From the human T2T-CHM13v2.0 reference genome, Homo sapiens: a stretch of DNA of 64,000 nucleotides. Position 1 is the first letter of the stretch; every line of letters begins with the position of its first letter. A model generated the notes under the pieces. The model saw only the letters and a list, made by a program, of their open reading frames with translations, was not told the DNA's origin and ran no database searches. A program made the translations under genes and the position numbers. Location: assembly GCF_009914755.1 (NCBI RefSeq), contig NC_060935.1; one strand, given 5' to 3'. This document shows, piece after piece, positions 1-21,195 of the stretch.

Positions 1-385
1 CAGATAAAAAACACTTGAAAGAATATTAAAATTATACCTACATATGACAAAATATGTAAGAATTAAAACAAATTAAAATCATGTTAAGTAAAAATTGCTG
101 AGCTAGAAACTATTCAAAGGAGTTTAGTGATTAGAAATCACTAAATAGTGATTAATATAGTGATTAATAAAGCACAAATTAGAAATATAGTGATTAATGA
201 AGCATAAATTAGCAAGTAGTTGGGGATTTGGATGATGCTCCATAAAATTTTACACAGATACACTTAGACTGCCTTTACGAAATGGAGCAATAAAAGCTTA
301 ATGACAGAAGCTAAAATCACCTTTCTTTTACGAACCTCAGATGAAGGAAGTTGTTTTATCTTTACACTTGTATTTCAGTATTTAC

Positions 386-529
386 CTTACTACAGTAATA
401 TTCCATGAGTGCTGCAGTAACATAGACATGGTGGCGGGTTCTGGTATCTTCTCTTGCTTTTTTAAATATCATTCTTCCAGATTTGATGCCTTCTGCTCTC
501 CGTGCAAATTTCATATATTGGATATATAC
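386..529 (-). CDS. CSTF3: CSTF3 exon 14 ([48 protein letters not shown], aa ~377-424)
   Basis: 144 nt. Acceptor tcttttcatag, donor AAG|GTAAAT. Confidence 0.97.
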
Positions 530-724
530 CTATGAAAAGAAAGTATTTGTGTTCTATAAATTAGACAGTATGTTTCCTGCATAAGAAAGCAATCCTCAAT
601 ACCCAATAAATTAGAAAGTAGGAATTTAGATAATATTCTATTTAAATCCACAAACTAATTTTTTTCTGGTATTAGAGATGCATGCAAATTAATTTATTTT
701 TTTATTGAGACATAATTCACATAG

Positions 725-1216
<492 letters not shown>

Positions 1217-2239
1217 TGCAATACATGTTTAACTTCACATTTTCTTGGTTTCTTTTTAAAAGCCCACTACTCTATTTTCCAAACAACATATAATAGAACT
1301 TCATGGATAAACTATGAGCCATTTTATACCTAGCACCTACAGAGTGTCCAGTACATCATGAGTATGCAGTTTTGTTTAGTGAACAAATGACTAATTAGTA
1401 GGGTCCTGGTTTGCCCAGTATTGATAATGTCTAGCTATATTACCCAGTTTTGATGGATGGATGGATGGACTATGAGTTCCTCAAGAAAAGGAATTTCATC
1501 TAGTTTGTCATTAATGTTGCTGGAGTCTAGCACAATGCATAGACTCTAGCAATATATTTGCCAGATATGTTTGTGGAATGAATTATAAGATGATGAATAA
1601 ATGTAGGAATTATAGCAGTGGAATCCCAATATAAATCATTAACAAGAAAAAGTAGTGTAGCTATAATTGACTTGAGGCAGAGGTTCTAGAGACACACCCA
1701 CAAGCCTGTCCCCTTCCTCTCCCAATGGGAGAGCATCACTGCACTTTTGCACTTGGGGCTTTGAAAACCACTATGATAGAGCAGGATTTAGCATAAAGTG
1801 AGTTTCAGTCTAATTTCTTCCCAGGATGTCGGTTTCTCCCGCCTCATTTAAAAAGAAATATCTATTAAGCAACAATTCTGTGGCATAAAGTGACTTCAAA
1901 CCATGATCACAAAGAAAGTGTTAGAGAAAGTGCCTCTGTATCTATTTTATACTGCTGCATTAAAAAGAAAAAATTCTAGCAGAAAACAGATCAGTAATTG
2001 TCAGAGGTAAGGGCAGAGGGAAGGGTTATATCTACAAAGGGGTCACATGGGGGAATTTTTGGAGGATGGTGGAGGTGTTTTCTATCTTAATTGTGGTGGG
2101 GATCCCATACTCAATGTTATTTGTCAAGATTAATAGAACTATACAACAAAAACAGTGAATTTTATTGTATATAAATTTAAATTATTTTTTGTTAGATAAG
2201 ACTGTAAAGGTGGAAAAAAAGATTTGTAAAGTTACTCAC

Positions 2240-2314
2240 CAAGGTAGGGTCAATATCCTCAATTGCCAGAAGTCTGTTATATATACTGTGAACCTTTTCA
2301 TACTTCATGCGACT
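2240..2314 (-). CDS. CSTF3: CSTF3 exon 13 ([25 protein letters not shown])
   Basis: 75 nt. Donor TTG|GTGAGT. Confidence 0.97.
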
Positions 2315-2583
2315 CTAAGGTGGTACAGAAGAAGTGAGTATCAACATATGGTCATAAATAAGCAGGATTTGAGCTCCAAGGAATCCAAAGGCTATAACCT
2401 CCCACCCCCAATGGCATCTCCATTGAGCATAAATATAGTATAAGCTGACAACTAATAACTGTTCATTTGGCATCATCTCTGTCTACCAAAAGCAATATGC
2501 CTGGCAAACAAGCAGCCAGAAAAAAAGTTCAGTCCTGCACTAAAAAATTGAATTATAAGAAGGCTCTAAACATTTTTACTTAC

Positions 2584-2700
2584 CTCTTCATAATCTGCAT
2601 ATGCAAAATAAAGAAGCATATTCTTCTTCAATAAAGTGCTTATGGCTCTTTCATATATATTAGCAGCTTCATCACTAAATAATTTGGCATTATTCATATC
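2584..2700 (-). CDS. CSTF3: CSTF3 exon 12 ([39 protein letters not shown])
   Basis: 117 nt. Acceptor tttttttctaccag, donor GAG|GTAAGT. Confidence 0.97.
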
Positions 2701-3157
2701 CTGGTAGAAAAAAAAGAAAGCTCATCTTCAATAATTTTAATATAGTTGTGAGAGAATAAAATTAATAAAGTTACATCTACTTTATTTTATTTATGTGTCT
2801 AAGAAAGCATACATGTATGTACACACATATATATGTATCCACACACACACATACATAAACACATATGCATTTCTGGATTCTAAAAAAATTCCAAAAACTC
2901 CTTTCATTATTTTAACTTACAAAATAACCATGCAAGTACTCTAAATGATTCATTACTTTGATACGTTAAAAAACTGCCAGTTTATTTTAATTCTAAGGAG
3001 GTCTAATTATATGAGTGTCACTAAGATTCATATGAACGTAAACTTAAATTTTCAATACTTATGCTTTATTACCAAAATTCAGTTATATTTTTCAGTAAAT
3101 AATTGCTATATCAAAACCACAAAAATATCAAAGTGGGGATAGGGAAGGAACACTTAC

Positions 3158-3267
3158 TCCCTTTTCTGCGAGCAGTTTACTTGACTGCTCAAGATACTGG
3201 GCAGCTTCATACCAAATATCAGGGTGATGGCCCAGCACAAGCAGGCACTGTTCATAAGCAAACATAA
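3158..3267 (-). CDS. CSTF3: CSTF3 exon 11 ([37 protein letters not shown])
   Basis: 110 nt, phase 1/0. Acceptor tttcttcccttag, donor GGA|GTAAGT. Confidence 0.97.
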
Positions 3268-3451
3268 CTAAGGGAAGAAATTAACAAACAATATTCAATT
3301 AAAATAATTATTATTTGTAAAACTATCAATGTAAATATCATAACCAAATTAGGCTCCTCAAAAATTAATGATAATTAGAAATAAAAAGCTTTAGTGATTT
3401 CTGGCACCATCATCCATCCAAGTTCCCTCCATCTATCCATCACTTATTAAT

Positions 3452-4047
<596 letters not shown>

Positions 4048-4049
4048 TA

Positions 4050-4450
4050 AGTTAATACTTATTGAGCACCAACTATATGCCAGGGAATGTGGAAGGCACG
4101 GTGAATATACCAGTGAGTAAGACTTCCTATATTCAAGAAGTCTGCAGTATACGGGGAGGACAGACAGAAAGCAAAGATCAAAAGGATTATGATGATGAAA
4201 GTACAGTATACTCTGAAAACTTACAGCAGCAGGACTTAACATAGTTTAGGGACTCAAGAAAGGCTTCACTAAGGAACTGACATCTAGCACAACACCTGAA
4301 GAAGGGATGAAGCTGGTCAGAGGCAAATAAGTGAAGTGGAGTAAGGATGGGGTAGATACAAAAATGGAGTGGGCAAAGGAAACAATATTTGCAAAGACCT
4401 GCAAGTAAGACAGCAAGGCAACAGCAAGGCAAGATTGAGGAATTCAATAA
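4050..4450. mobile_element. L2 fragment
   Basis: L2-type motif ttattgagcaccaactatatgccagg and purine-rich body. Confidence 0.6.
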
Positions 4451-4469
4451 AGCTCCAAATTAAGAGTCT

Positions 4470-5710
4470 GGCACTGACAGAGTAGTTTGTATCAGACCAA
4501 CCCTCAGCAAGTAAAAATTATAAATAAACAAAACACAAATACAAAAGCAACTATCTAAATGTACTGGAAATGACCAAAAGAAGCAGAAATCAGGAGACTG
4601 AGCCCTTAAAAAGACAGAACAACACTAGGTGAGATCCATATTTAAATATGGCTTTTCCCTTCAAACGCATGCCCATGTTGTGCACTTCTGGGATAGCTAG
4701 AACTCAAGTCAAATGCTGCAGTCTTACTGTCTTGAAGTAACATGGAGTTCTGGCCTATGAGAGCAGCTGGAAATTGAGGAGACATCCCCAAAAGGAGAAA
4801 GCCAGATCCCGAAAATCTGGGCATAAATGTTCTCAAATCCTCAGCTGATCCCTAAAATGTACATACACAGGGAAGAATACAAACAGACCAGCAGAAAACA
4901 AAGCTGGAAGGCAGAAAGAGTTAAATAGATACCTCAGCAACTAAGGGAGATGAAGTTTAGAATTTGAGTCCCATCCAATTAGATGGTTGGGGTAAACACC
5001 TTAGACTTTTCATTGTCTTAGGAGTAAAGACTATGTCCCAAGAATAAGGTATTTAATCTGAGATTAATGGTAAAACTAAAACAGACCTGTCTTCATAGTA
5101 TAAAACTAAGCCTCCACAAAGTCCAAGTAATCTGACAGTAATATTTAACTTCCTGCTAAAATAAAACATTCTTCAGAGGAAGATGAAAGAATCTACAGTC
5201 TTTACAATGTTTCATTTGTACATTTGTACAATATCTAAAAGAAAAAATTTAAACAGGAAATAGGGAAATGTAAACCACAGTCAAGAGAAAAAGCAATCAA
5301 AGAAAATAAACTCCATGGTGGTTGAAGGCCCAGATGTTGGAATTGGCAGATGAGGACTTTATAACTACTATTATAAATATGTTCTAAGAAACAAAGAAAA
5401 AGATGGTAATGAACACACAAGGAATCTCAACTAAGAAATGGACACCATAAAAAAGAAATATAAAAAATAAAAAATTTCTAAAATGGAAATTTATAGAATT
5501 GAAAAATATAGTATCTGAAATAAAGCGTTCACTGGATGGGCTTAATTGCAGACTGCATATGATGAAAACAAAGGTTCAGTGAATATGGAGATAGATCTAT
5601 AGGAATTATTGAATCTGAAGAACAAAAGAAAAAAAGATTAGGGGTAAGAAAATTTTAGTAACCTATGGGGATACCAAGTGGCCTAACATACATGTAACTG
5701 AAGTCCCATG
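4470..5710 (+). mobile_element. Old L1M 5'/ORF1 fragment ending ~20 nt from the exon 10 donor
   Basis: L1M ORF1-type motifs (tcactggatgggcttaa...gaatctgaagaacaaaagaaaaaaaga...ctaacatacatgtaactgaagtccca). Confidence 0.65.
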
Positions 5711-5727
5711 AGGGTTAATCATGTTAC

Positions 5728-5890
5728 CTCTTTTTGTTATAAGGGTCTGATCCTCTGTACGAAGAGGGTTGCTCTTTTCCCACTGTATATATTTCTTCCA
5801 CATATCTACTTGTTGAGCTTCTTGAGGAGTATTCTGAGGAGGCACCGAGGGAGCATTACGGTCCAAGCCTTTCATTACTGTCTCATATTC
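5728..5890 (-). CDS. CSTF3: CSTF3 exon 10 ([55 protein letters not shown])
   Basis: 163 nt, phase 0/1. Overlaps ORF-track entry 5663..5875. Donor GAG|GTAACA. Confidence 0.98.
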
Positions 5891-6657
5891 CTAGACAACA
5901 AGGATTTAGAATTCTTTGGTGAGCCAGGAACAACTGAGATATATGGCGGATGGGGTAGATCAGTTTGGAAGACTGTTCAAGATGCCTACTTTTTCCAAAT
6001 ACCACTTTGTTAATATAATCTAAAAACTATTTAAGAGTAGAGAGAAAGATAAGAGTATTACCCACTCAAGAACAGGTTCCCAGGAGTGGGTAAACAAAAC
6101 ACCCATGGGCCCTCTCTGTAAGTGATCTAGGAGGTTACTTTCCAGGATGTAAGAGTTGACAGATCAATAGGATTGAAGATCTGGTGGCATTATTATTGCC
6201 ATCTTTGGAGAAACTGTCTTTTAAAATTTCAATAGTTTGTATTAATAGGCTATTTTTCCTAACTTCCAAGAGTGTCAATGAATGGAAAGGTATGCACACA
6301 ATCAAAATGTGTCCCTGAGAGCTATGTTATTAGACCACAGAGTAATACAATATTCAGATGAACCCAAATAATAGAGGGAAAAGAATTACTTCATCAATTC
6401 TAAGTAGAGCCTTGTCTCTCTCTATGTCTTCTGTTTCCATATTTTAAAAAACAATTTCTTCTAAACCCAATTTATTATATTTTGTTCTTACAAAGAGAGA
6501 TTTCATTTCAAATATGTCATCTCCTCAGACTTTGCAATTAATTGCTGTTAAGATTGCTAATGACTGAAAATATCAAGAGTAATACCAGACAGGGAAAGCT
6601 CTGCTGTAAACAACAGACTCATAATAATCATTAAAATAGCCTGATGGAATTCCATAC

Positions 6658-6735
6658 CTTTGCTACACGTCTAGCATTCATATAATCTCTACTCCGATCT
6701 TCAATCATTTTTTTAGCTAAATGAATATTGATACC
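6658..6735 (-). CDS. CSTF3: CSTF3 exon 9 ([26 protein letters not shown])
   Basis: 78 nt. Acceptor tttttttctag, donor AAG|GTATGG. Confidence 0.97.
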
Positions 6736-6996
6736 CTAGAAAAAAACAAAAATATTTTAAAATTAAGTATAGTTTCTTAAAAATTAGTACAATACAGTTA
6801 ATTTATTCATTTACTAAATAACTTTAAATTTTTATTTTAAAAGATTTCTTGTTTAATAAAGGTTCATACAGCTCATGAAAAGCAGGGAAAAAAGGTTCAA
6901 TCACATTATACATTTCCAAGATCAAGGAGGATGTGCTTATGTCTTATGAGCTGGCAGTAAGTTTCCATTTATCAGGAACTTTTAAAGATAGAATCA

Positions 6997-7676
<680 letters not shown>

Positions 7677-7759
7677 TAATAGCCCTTTTCTAACTAGTTC
7701 TGTTGTATAACACTTTTTAAAAAGACAAACAGAAGTAGCAAGGAAAGATAAACATTACC

Positions 7760-8720
<961 letters not shown>

Positions 8721-9117
8721 TTCACAAATTCAAACCAATCATCACATCACTGTAATCAGGTGAAAAAGGTGCACAGCAACCAAAAAATAATTCCCAAAAG
8801 GTACTATTGGAAACATAATTCCCAAAAGGTACTGTTTTATAGGTCAATGACAATGTGTATGTGTGTGTATGAATGTGTGGATATGGCTTAGCAAAGAATA
8901 AAAATAGTTTTATAAGAACTATTGTTCTTCAGAGTATCCTCTAAAAAATAACACTATATGGAGACTCTCAAACCTTGCAAAAACATTATAGTGCTTTCAT
9001 TACAATCAATAAAAAAAGTGTAACACTGATACAGAAAGGCTATAATCTACAAATCCACAATGCATAGAAATTAAAATGGCTTGGTTTATAATAAACAACT
9101 ACTCTGACCTAATTTAC

Positions 9118-9244
9118 CTCTTCATACTTGTTATAGTCTCTCCAGAGCTGTTCAATGTTGATCATCGGATTAACACAACCTCGTTGATAAACTCTTCGGA
9201 CAGCTGTTATTCTTTGATTTTCTGCATAAGATCCTACAGCTTCC
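9118..9244 (-). CDS. CSTF3: CSTF3 exon 8 ([43 protein letters not shown])
   Basis: 127 nt, phase 2/0. Donor GAG|GTAAAT. Confidence 0.97.
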
Positions 9245-9433
9245 CTGAGATTGGATAAGAAATGCCATCAATTATATTATAACCAAATCTCATTCAACCC
9301 AGCAATCTCACTACTGGATATCTACCCAAAGAACAACTCTATGGAAAATAGTATGGAGATTTCTCAAAGAACTAAAAATTATATTTTAGCTAAATCAACT
9401 GTAGATGTAAAAAAAAACTATACAAATACTTAC

Positions 9434-9468
9434 ACGCCTTTTAGGAAATTGATGTAATCCACCCAAAT
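9434..9468 (-). CDS. CSTF3: CSTF3 exon 7 (IWVDYINFLKG-V)
   Basis: 35 nt, after an 80-nt intron. Acceptor tttatttcttag, donor CGT|GTAAGT. Confidence 0.96.
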
Positions 9469-9548
9469 CTAAGAAATAAAATGAAATGTTAATATCTTTC
9501 TTGGTATTCTTACATTTAAGTGCATACATTAAAAAGTTTTAACTCTAC

Positions 9549-9615
9549 CTGATAGGACATAATTTCCATTCCAATTTTATCCAGTGCAAAGTCATATGCT
9601 TGAGCCATTTTTTCT
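9549..9615 (-). CDS. CSTF3: CSTF3 exon 6 ([23 protein letters not shown])
   Basis: 67 nt, phase 2/0. Acceptor gttcatttcag, donor CAG|GTAGAG. Confidence 0.96.
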
Positions 9616-9668
9616 CTGAAATGAACATGAAAGACGTGGTTTTTAAATTTTTTTGTTATTAAAATTTA

Positions 9669-10880
<1,212 letters not shown>

Positions 10881-11456
10881 ATCATAACAAAAAGTATAAT
10901 CAGGAAAAGACAATAAAGACAGAATTTTAGTAACAGACATAACTTGCCTGTTAGTTACATAGAAAAATGGCACCTCAGAAGAAGGTCCATTATTTAGATT
11001 TGGCAAAGATGGGGAGGTGGGTATAATTCGGAGTGGGGATGGCAACTTCACAATACAATTGTCAGAGATCCCTTATATCACTACAAATGTCAGAGACCCC
11101 TTAGATCACTTAAGTAGCACATTGCATTGTGACCTCACAAAAGTGGTACTAGCACAAGTATGAAGATGGTTTTTGAAAAAATTTGACAACAAGTCTGTCA
11201 ACAAAGTGGTTTGGTGTTGCAATTATACAGTGTTTCAGTATAGAAAGGGCTTGGGCGATTCAATTCTCCAGAGTAAGACTCATGCCAGTGACTTTCTCTG
11301 AAGCACTTTTTTCAAGGTTACTAATTCTTAGGAAATCCTGACTTTTCAAATCCTGATAATTCTTCCCACTTGGGGCTAACAGAAGGTGTGAGTTTATGTG
11401 GGATTAACTGTGTGCCTGGAGATGACTTGCATTCTTAAGATCCTGGTTTCACTTAC

Positions 11457-11554
11457 TTGTAACTTGGTAGTTTACCCTTGGTTTCTCGGACATATGAAAG
11501 ATAACACTTCCATAAATCAATGTGCAAAACCTTCATAAGGCATCTCTGAAATAG
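11457..11554 (-). CDS. CSTF3: CSTF3 exon 5 ([33 protein letters not shown])
   Basis: 98 nt, phase 0/2. Donor CAA|GTAAGT. Confidence 0.96.
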
Positions 11555-11939
11555 CTTTAAATACAAGAATATATTATCAGAATCCAGTTAAATAAATTTC
11601 ACATGGACATAGATGAAATGGAACATTAAAAACACAAATTCAGCTCCCTTTATGAATTTATCTCTTATAAATAAAAAGCAAATAATTTCCCCATTTTCAG
11701 TTTAGATAATTAAAATGCTTCTCATGATTTGTCAGGGGAGTATAATTATTTTCTTTTCCTTTTCCAAAACTTTTATGATGAACATTTTCAAGCATATAAA
11801 AAAGCTGAATAAGTACAATTAACTTGTAAAAAATCACTATCTAGATTCAATTATTATTAACATTTTACTACATCTGTCTTATACATACTAGGTTTTAAGT
11901 TAAACTTCAATATAAAATTCAAAGTATTTGAGGACTCAC

Positions 11940-11972
11940 CTTTTCAACCTTGTCATAATTTTTAGCTTTAAT
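11940..11972 (-). CDS. CSTF3: CSTF3 exon 4 (IKAKNYDKVEK)
   Basis: 33 nt. Acceptor ttttctgtttctcttcag, donor AAG|GTGAGT. Confidence 0.96.
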
Positions 11973-13059
11973 CTGAAGAGAAACAGAAAAATATAGAATT
12001 AATATTATTTTTTTAGAGCATCAGTCTGAATTTTTGACCAATTTTTAACCAACTTTGCAAATTCATCCCTATAGTTTCTTATTAATTTTTCTGTTACTTT
12101 CAAAAATAACAGAAGTGTGAAGCAAACATGGATAAAATGCATTGTAAATATACCTGTGTAAATTGAATCTATATGGATTTTCATACATTTACATATAAAT
12201 TTTGTGAATTTAATAAAATTCTGTAAAAGTCATGAGATGAATACAGAAATATACACATACCCGATAGGTCTACCTGAATAGGATGTATCCACTGAAGAAA
12301 AACTTAAGGCTTTCCTTTCCCTGTATAGCTACCAGAACAATCTGAGCGGCAAAAAAGATATGCAAATTTGGACTACATATAAACATTCAGTCACACCATC
12401 AACCTAATATATTGCAGATATTGTGCTAGGCGTGGGGGCTACCACTGTGACAAGACAGGTCTGCCCCTGCCCTCATAGAGCTTACAATCTTATGGGGAAA
12501 ATAAGACAACGAAGTGGAAGGTCATTGTAAGATATTATGGTTAAGTGCTAAAATGAAGAAAGTACTGGGTGCTACAGCATTTTGGAAGAGCAAAAGACTT
12601 AGACTTGGGGAATTGCAAAAGATTTCCGGGAAAAAGATAACTTTTTCTAGGAGAATCTGAGCTATTTGCTGAAGAAAGGGAAGAGTTATTCCAGGCAGGA
12701 GAAATAGCATGTGCAAAGACCAAGATTAAATACTATTAGATTTCTCTTTTCTTTGAGTATTTTCATCACAGAGTGGGTGGGGTTAGGTGCTCAACTGTGT
12801 TAATCAGCAAATCTGTTTCACCCAGATAGGTAAATAAATATTTTGGCTGATTAGAGAAGTTTTGGTCCTTTTATCTCAAGTAGTACAGTAATAGAGTAGT
12901 ATTCCCAGTTTTATGGCTTAAACTACTGCAGGTGAGAATGCTGATGACAGTCTTTTTTGCTTTTGCTGATAACTTGTTCTCTTCTGGACTTTTTTATCTT
13001 GATCTTTAGAGTTCATAAATTTTAGCACACACTTAAACACAGCTCTTTGTACTTTGAAG

Positions 13060-13250
13060 CAGTTCAATCAAGGCTCTGGAGTCAGACCTCTTAGGTTCAC
13101 AATCTGGCTATCTACTTAACCTCTTTTTCCCTCAGCTGATTAAGGGGGATAATAATACCTACTTTGTCAGGGCTATTCTGAGGACTCAATGAGTTAATAA
13201 ATGTGAAGCCTTTAGAATATTGCCTAGCAGGTTGAGCACTGAGTAATTAT
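13060..13250 (+). mobile_element. MIR
   Basis: MIR core: ggctctggagtcagac...ggggataataatacctac...tgaggactcaatgagttaat. Confidence 0.7.
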
Positions 13251-14139
13251 CATTTACTTTTATTACCACAAAATCTGCTTGGAACTCAGCATGCCCTTTG
13301 AACCCATATACTCAGGGCTTTTTTTAGGTCAAGAATAAGTGTCTCTCTTCTATTTGTTCCTTTTTTCTCCTTCTAGAACTATATAAGTTAGATCTCCTGG
13401 TTCTGTCCTTGAAATCTGTTATCTTTACCCTTCCTTTGAATTTTTGCTCAAGGTGTTAAAATAGTTTGTCCAGTAGATTCCCCAGGCAATTCATTTAGGG
13501 CTCCATGTGAATATTCTCTTCCACTTAGCCTATTACTGTATTTGGTTCATACATAACGGTTTTAGACTCCAGAGTTTTTAATACAGCACTTTGAATCCTG
13601 TGTTCATATTACTTTGTTCCAGTTGTATTTCTCCTCTAGCAGCTCTATTTTGTTAAGGACCTGATAGTTTTAGTTTATATTCCTTTCTGGTTGGTGGATC
13701 CTTCAGATGTGCTATTATTTTTTCCTGCCTATTCACTGAAGCTGTGTTGGCAGTCCTAAAGTAGTAGAAATTGACCCTTCTCTACCATGACAGCTGTGTA
13801 GCAGGTGTAGGCAGCAAACAAGCTGCTGCTAGCCCTCTGCCAAGAAACCAGAAAGAAATCTCTACTCAAGAGTAGGGAGGACTCAGCCAAGAGGCCAGGC
13901 TGATGTCAACATTCGTCTGGGGTAAAGACATTTGAGGGGTTCCAAATTTTCTATGGGTCAGCTTCTTAGTCCTTTCCCTAGGCCCTCTACTGGGCCTCTT
14001 CTTTGAGATTCCCATAGAACCTGAAGCTTCCTTGCATTCGGCTGCTTGGCTTAGTAGAGGTAAACAGAGTGGGAATAAAGTAGGATGAATTTAAATCACC
14101 AGCTTCCTAGGTGCAGTTGAGATTATATACAGTTCACAC

Positions 14140-15250
<1,111 letters not shown>

Positions 15251-15524
15251 ACAAAGTGGTCCCATATCTTGGATTCATCAATTATTTCTTTAATTGGTAA
15301 ATTGGTATTAGCCCAATAAATGTATGTAGAAAGACACTTTTGACTAATACAGAAAAATTCTCTGATCTCTAGTACGTGGCCACTGATTGTCATTCATTAA
15401 TGCAACCAGTAAATATTATTTGAGAGACCTTCTACAGAGCTGGTACTGGTGGCCTTACCACAATAGCTATAATCTCATTATTTTTTAAAACATCATTCAT
15501 TAAAAAAATACTTTTAAAAATCAT

Positions 15525-19470
<3,946 letters not shown>

Positions 19471-20999
19471 TATGTACATACAAATGTATACCTATAATAT
19501 ATACTGATTTAGATATAACAGGTTGGCCACAACCTCTACATGTCCTATAAACTTTCAATTATCCAGGCCCTTAAATATATCACAGAACTACTTGTCAAAA
19601 ATGAGTGTAAATTATAGACCACTGTGAAGTATAGTTTAATTATGATTAAAATTGAAATGTGCTAAACAAAACTATGATTATCTTTGGGTCTAGATTAAAT
19701 TTAGTTTCATTTTAATTCCTTGTACTAACCATTAGGTATTAATTAGTCTTCCACTTTCCCAAGCCAACTAAAAAGTATTTGTCATGTGTCCTTAGGATTT
19801 ACCAAGTGGAAGTGGGGATGTGGACCTGAACTATTAAAGAGTTTATGACCCAGTTGAAAACATAAAACTAATGATGGAAACAATAAAGGACTAAATTTAA
19901 GTTTAAATTATTTTGTGTATGCTCTATGTCCTATAAGATTCAGAGGAAAAGGTGTTCCATGCAAACTAGAGTTAACAAGGAAAGCTTCACTGAGCAGATG
20001 GTATCCAGGCCATTAATGAAAAAAAGGAGTCTGTACAAGTCAATGAAACAACATGAGTTTCTTTAGTTTTTGGTGGAATAATGAGGACATCCAAGCAAGA
20101 AAAAAAGAATATGCATAGGAAAAATAAGTTGGCTGATTATGGTGAAGGTCCATTACAGAGGGCATAAAAAGGCAGAGTTAAATCTGACACACAGAAAACC
20201 TTACTGAATGCCACTGAGGTTTTCCTGGCAGGTAAACAATGAGGAAAGTTGAAAAAAGATGACTCATAAGTAGGTTAGGGAATACAGGCTGGGGAGAATA
20301 CAGAGGTGGCTTTTAGTGCTATGGGATGAGACAAGCAGGTACTAGCTACAATAGGAAAGATGCTATTGCTGTCATCCTTAAGTGGGGTAATACTGGCTTT
20401 GGCTCAGAGAAGGTAGAACAAGGAGAGAAAACCAGTAATGTAGAGGGAAGAACAACAGACTTTTTTTTTTTTAATGGGAACAAGAATGAAAAGTGTTATG
20501 AGAGTTGCTGTAAAGTTTACTTTTTATTAGGTTTATTATGAGGTGACACAACTCAGGTATAAATTGTCTGATTAAAGTTAGCAGATGGGGGTTGGTTTCA
20601 TCAATAAGACAGTGGAATTAAAGATGCATATTTGTCATTTGTAAAAAAAACTTTTCTTATAAATATGTAGGGTATACAATACCTAAGGCATTAAGTATAT
20701 TCTCTGAAGTAGAGAATATTCAGACAAGCAAAGACTCATTTCTCCAAACTATCCATTCCCAGGCAACAAAAAGGAAGAGAACCCCAGAGTACTTGACATA
20801 AGAAAAACAGGATATAATAATATGTATGAAGTCAAAGATGAACATTATAAGAAAAAGGGATCTGGTGGAATATGCCACAGGTCAAAAATAAGGGTATACG
20901 AAGGATCTGGCAATAAGAAACTCATTGCTTATTACACACTTAAAAGTTGAAGCAATTCAGCTTCTTATAATTTAAAATGACTAAATACTGCTAATACTA

Positions 21000-21195
21000 G
21001 CAGCATTTATTAAATATTTAATGTTTGTAAGCACTACTCCAAGATTTTATATGTATTAACTCATTTAATCCATAAACAGCACTCAGGTAAAGTACTATTC
21101 CCTACTTAAAGATGAGAAAACTGAGGCACAAGGAGATTTAATAACTTCCCCCAGATCACACAACTGAGCTCTTAACCACTATACTATACTGCTCT
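21000..21195 (-). mobile_element. MIR
   Basis: actcatttaatcc...agatgagaaaactgaggcaca MIR core. Confidence 0.7.

Noticed and set aside
341-535. Plus-strand ORFs overlapping exons (also 2165-2443, 5708-6013, 9076-9258)
   Set aside because: These are antisense shadows of CSTF3 exons with no independent support.
5663-5875. 70-aa [12 protein letters not shown]... as a standalone gene
   Set aside because: It is CSTF3 exon 10 read from an internal Met, running past the donor into L1-derived intron.
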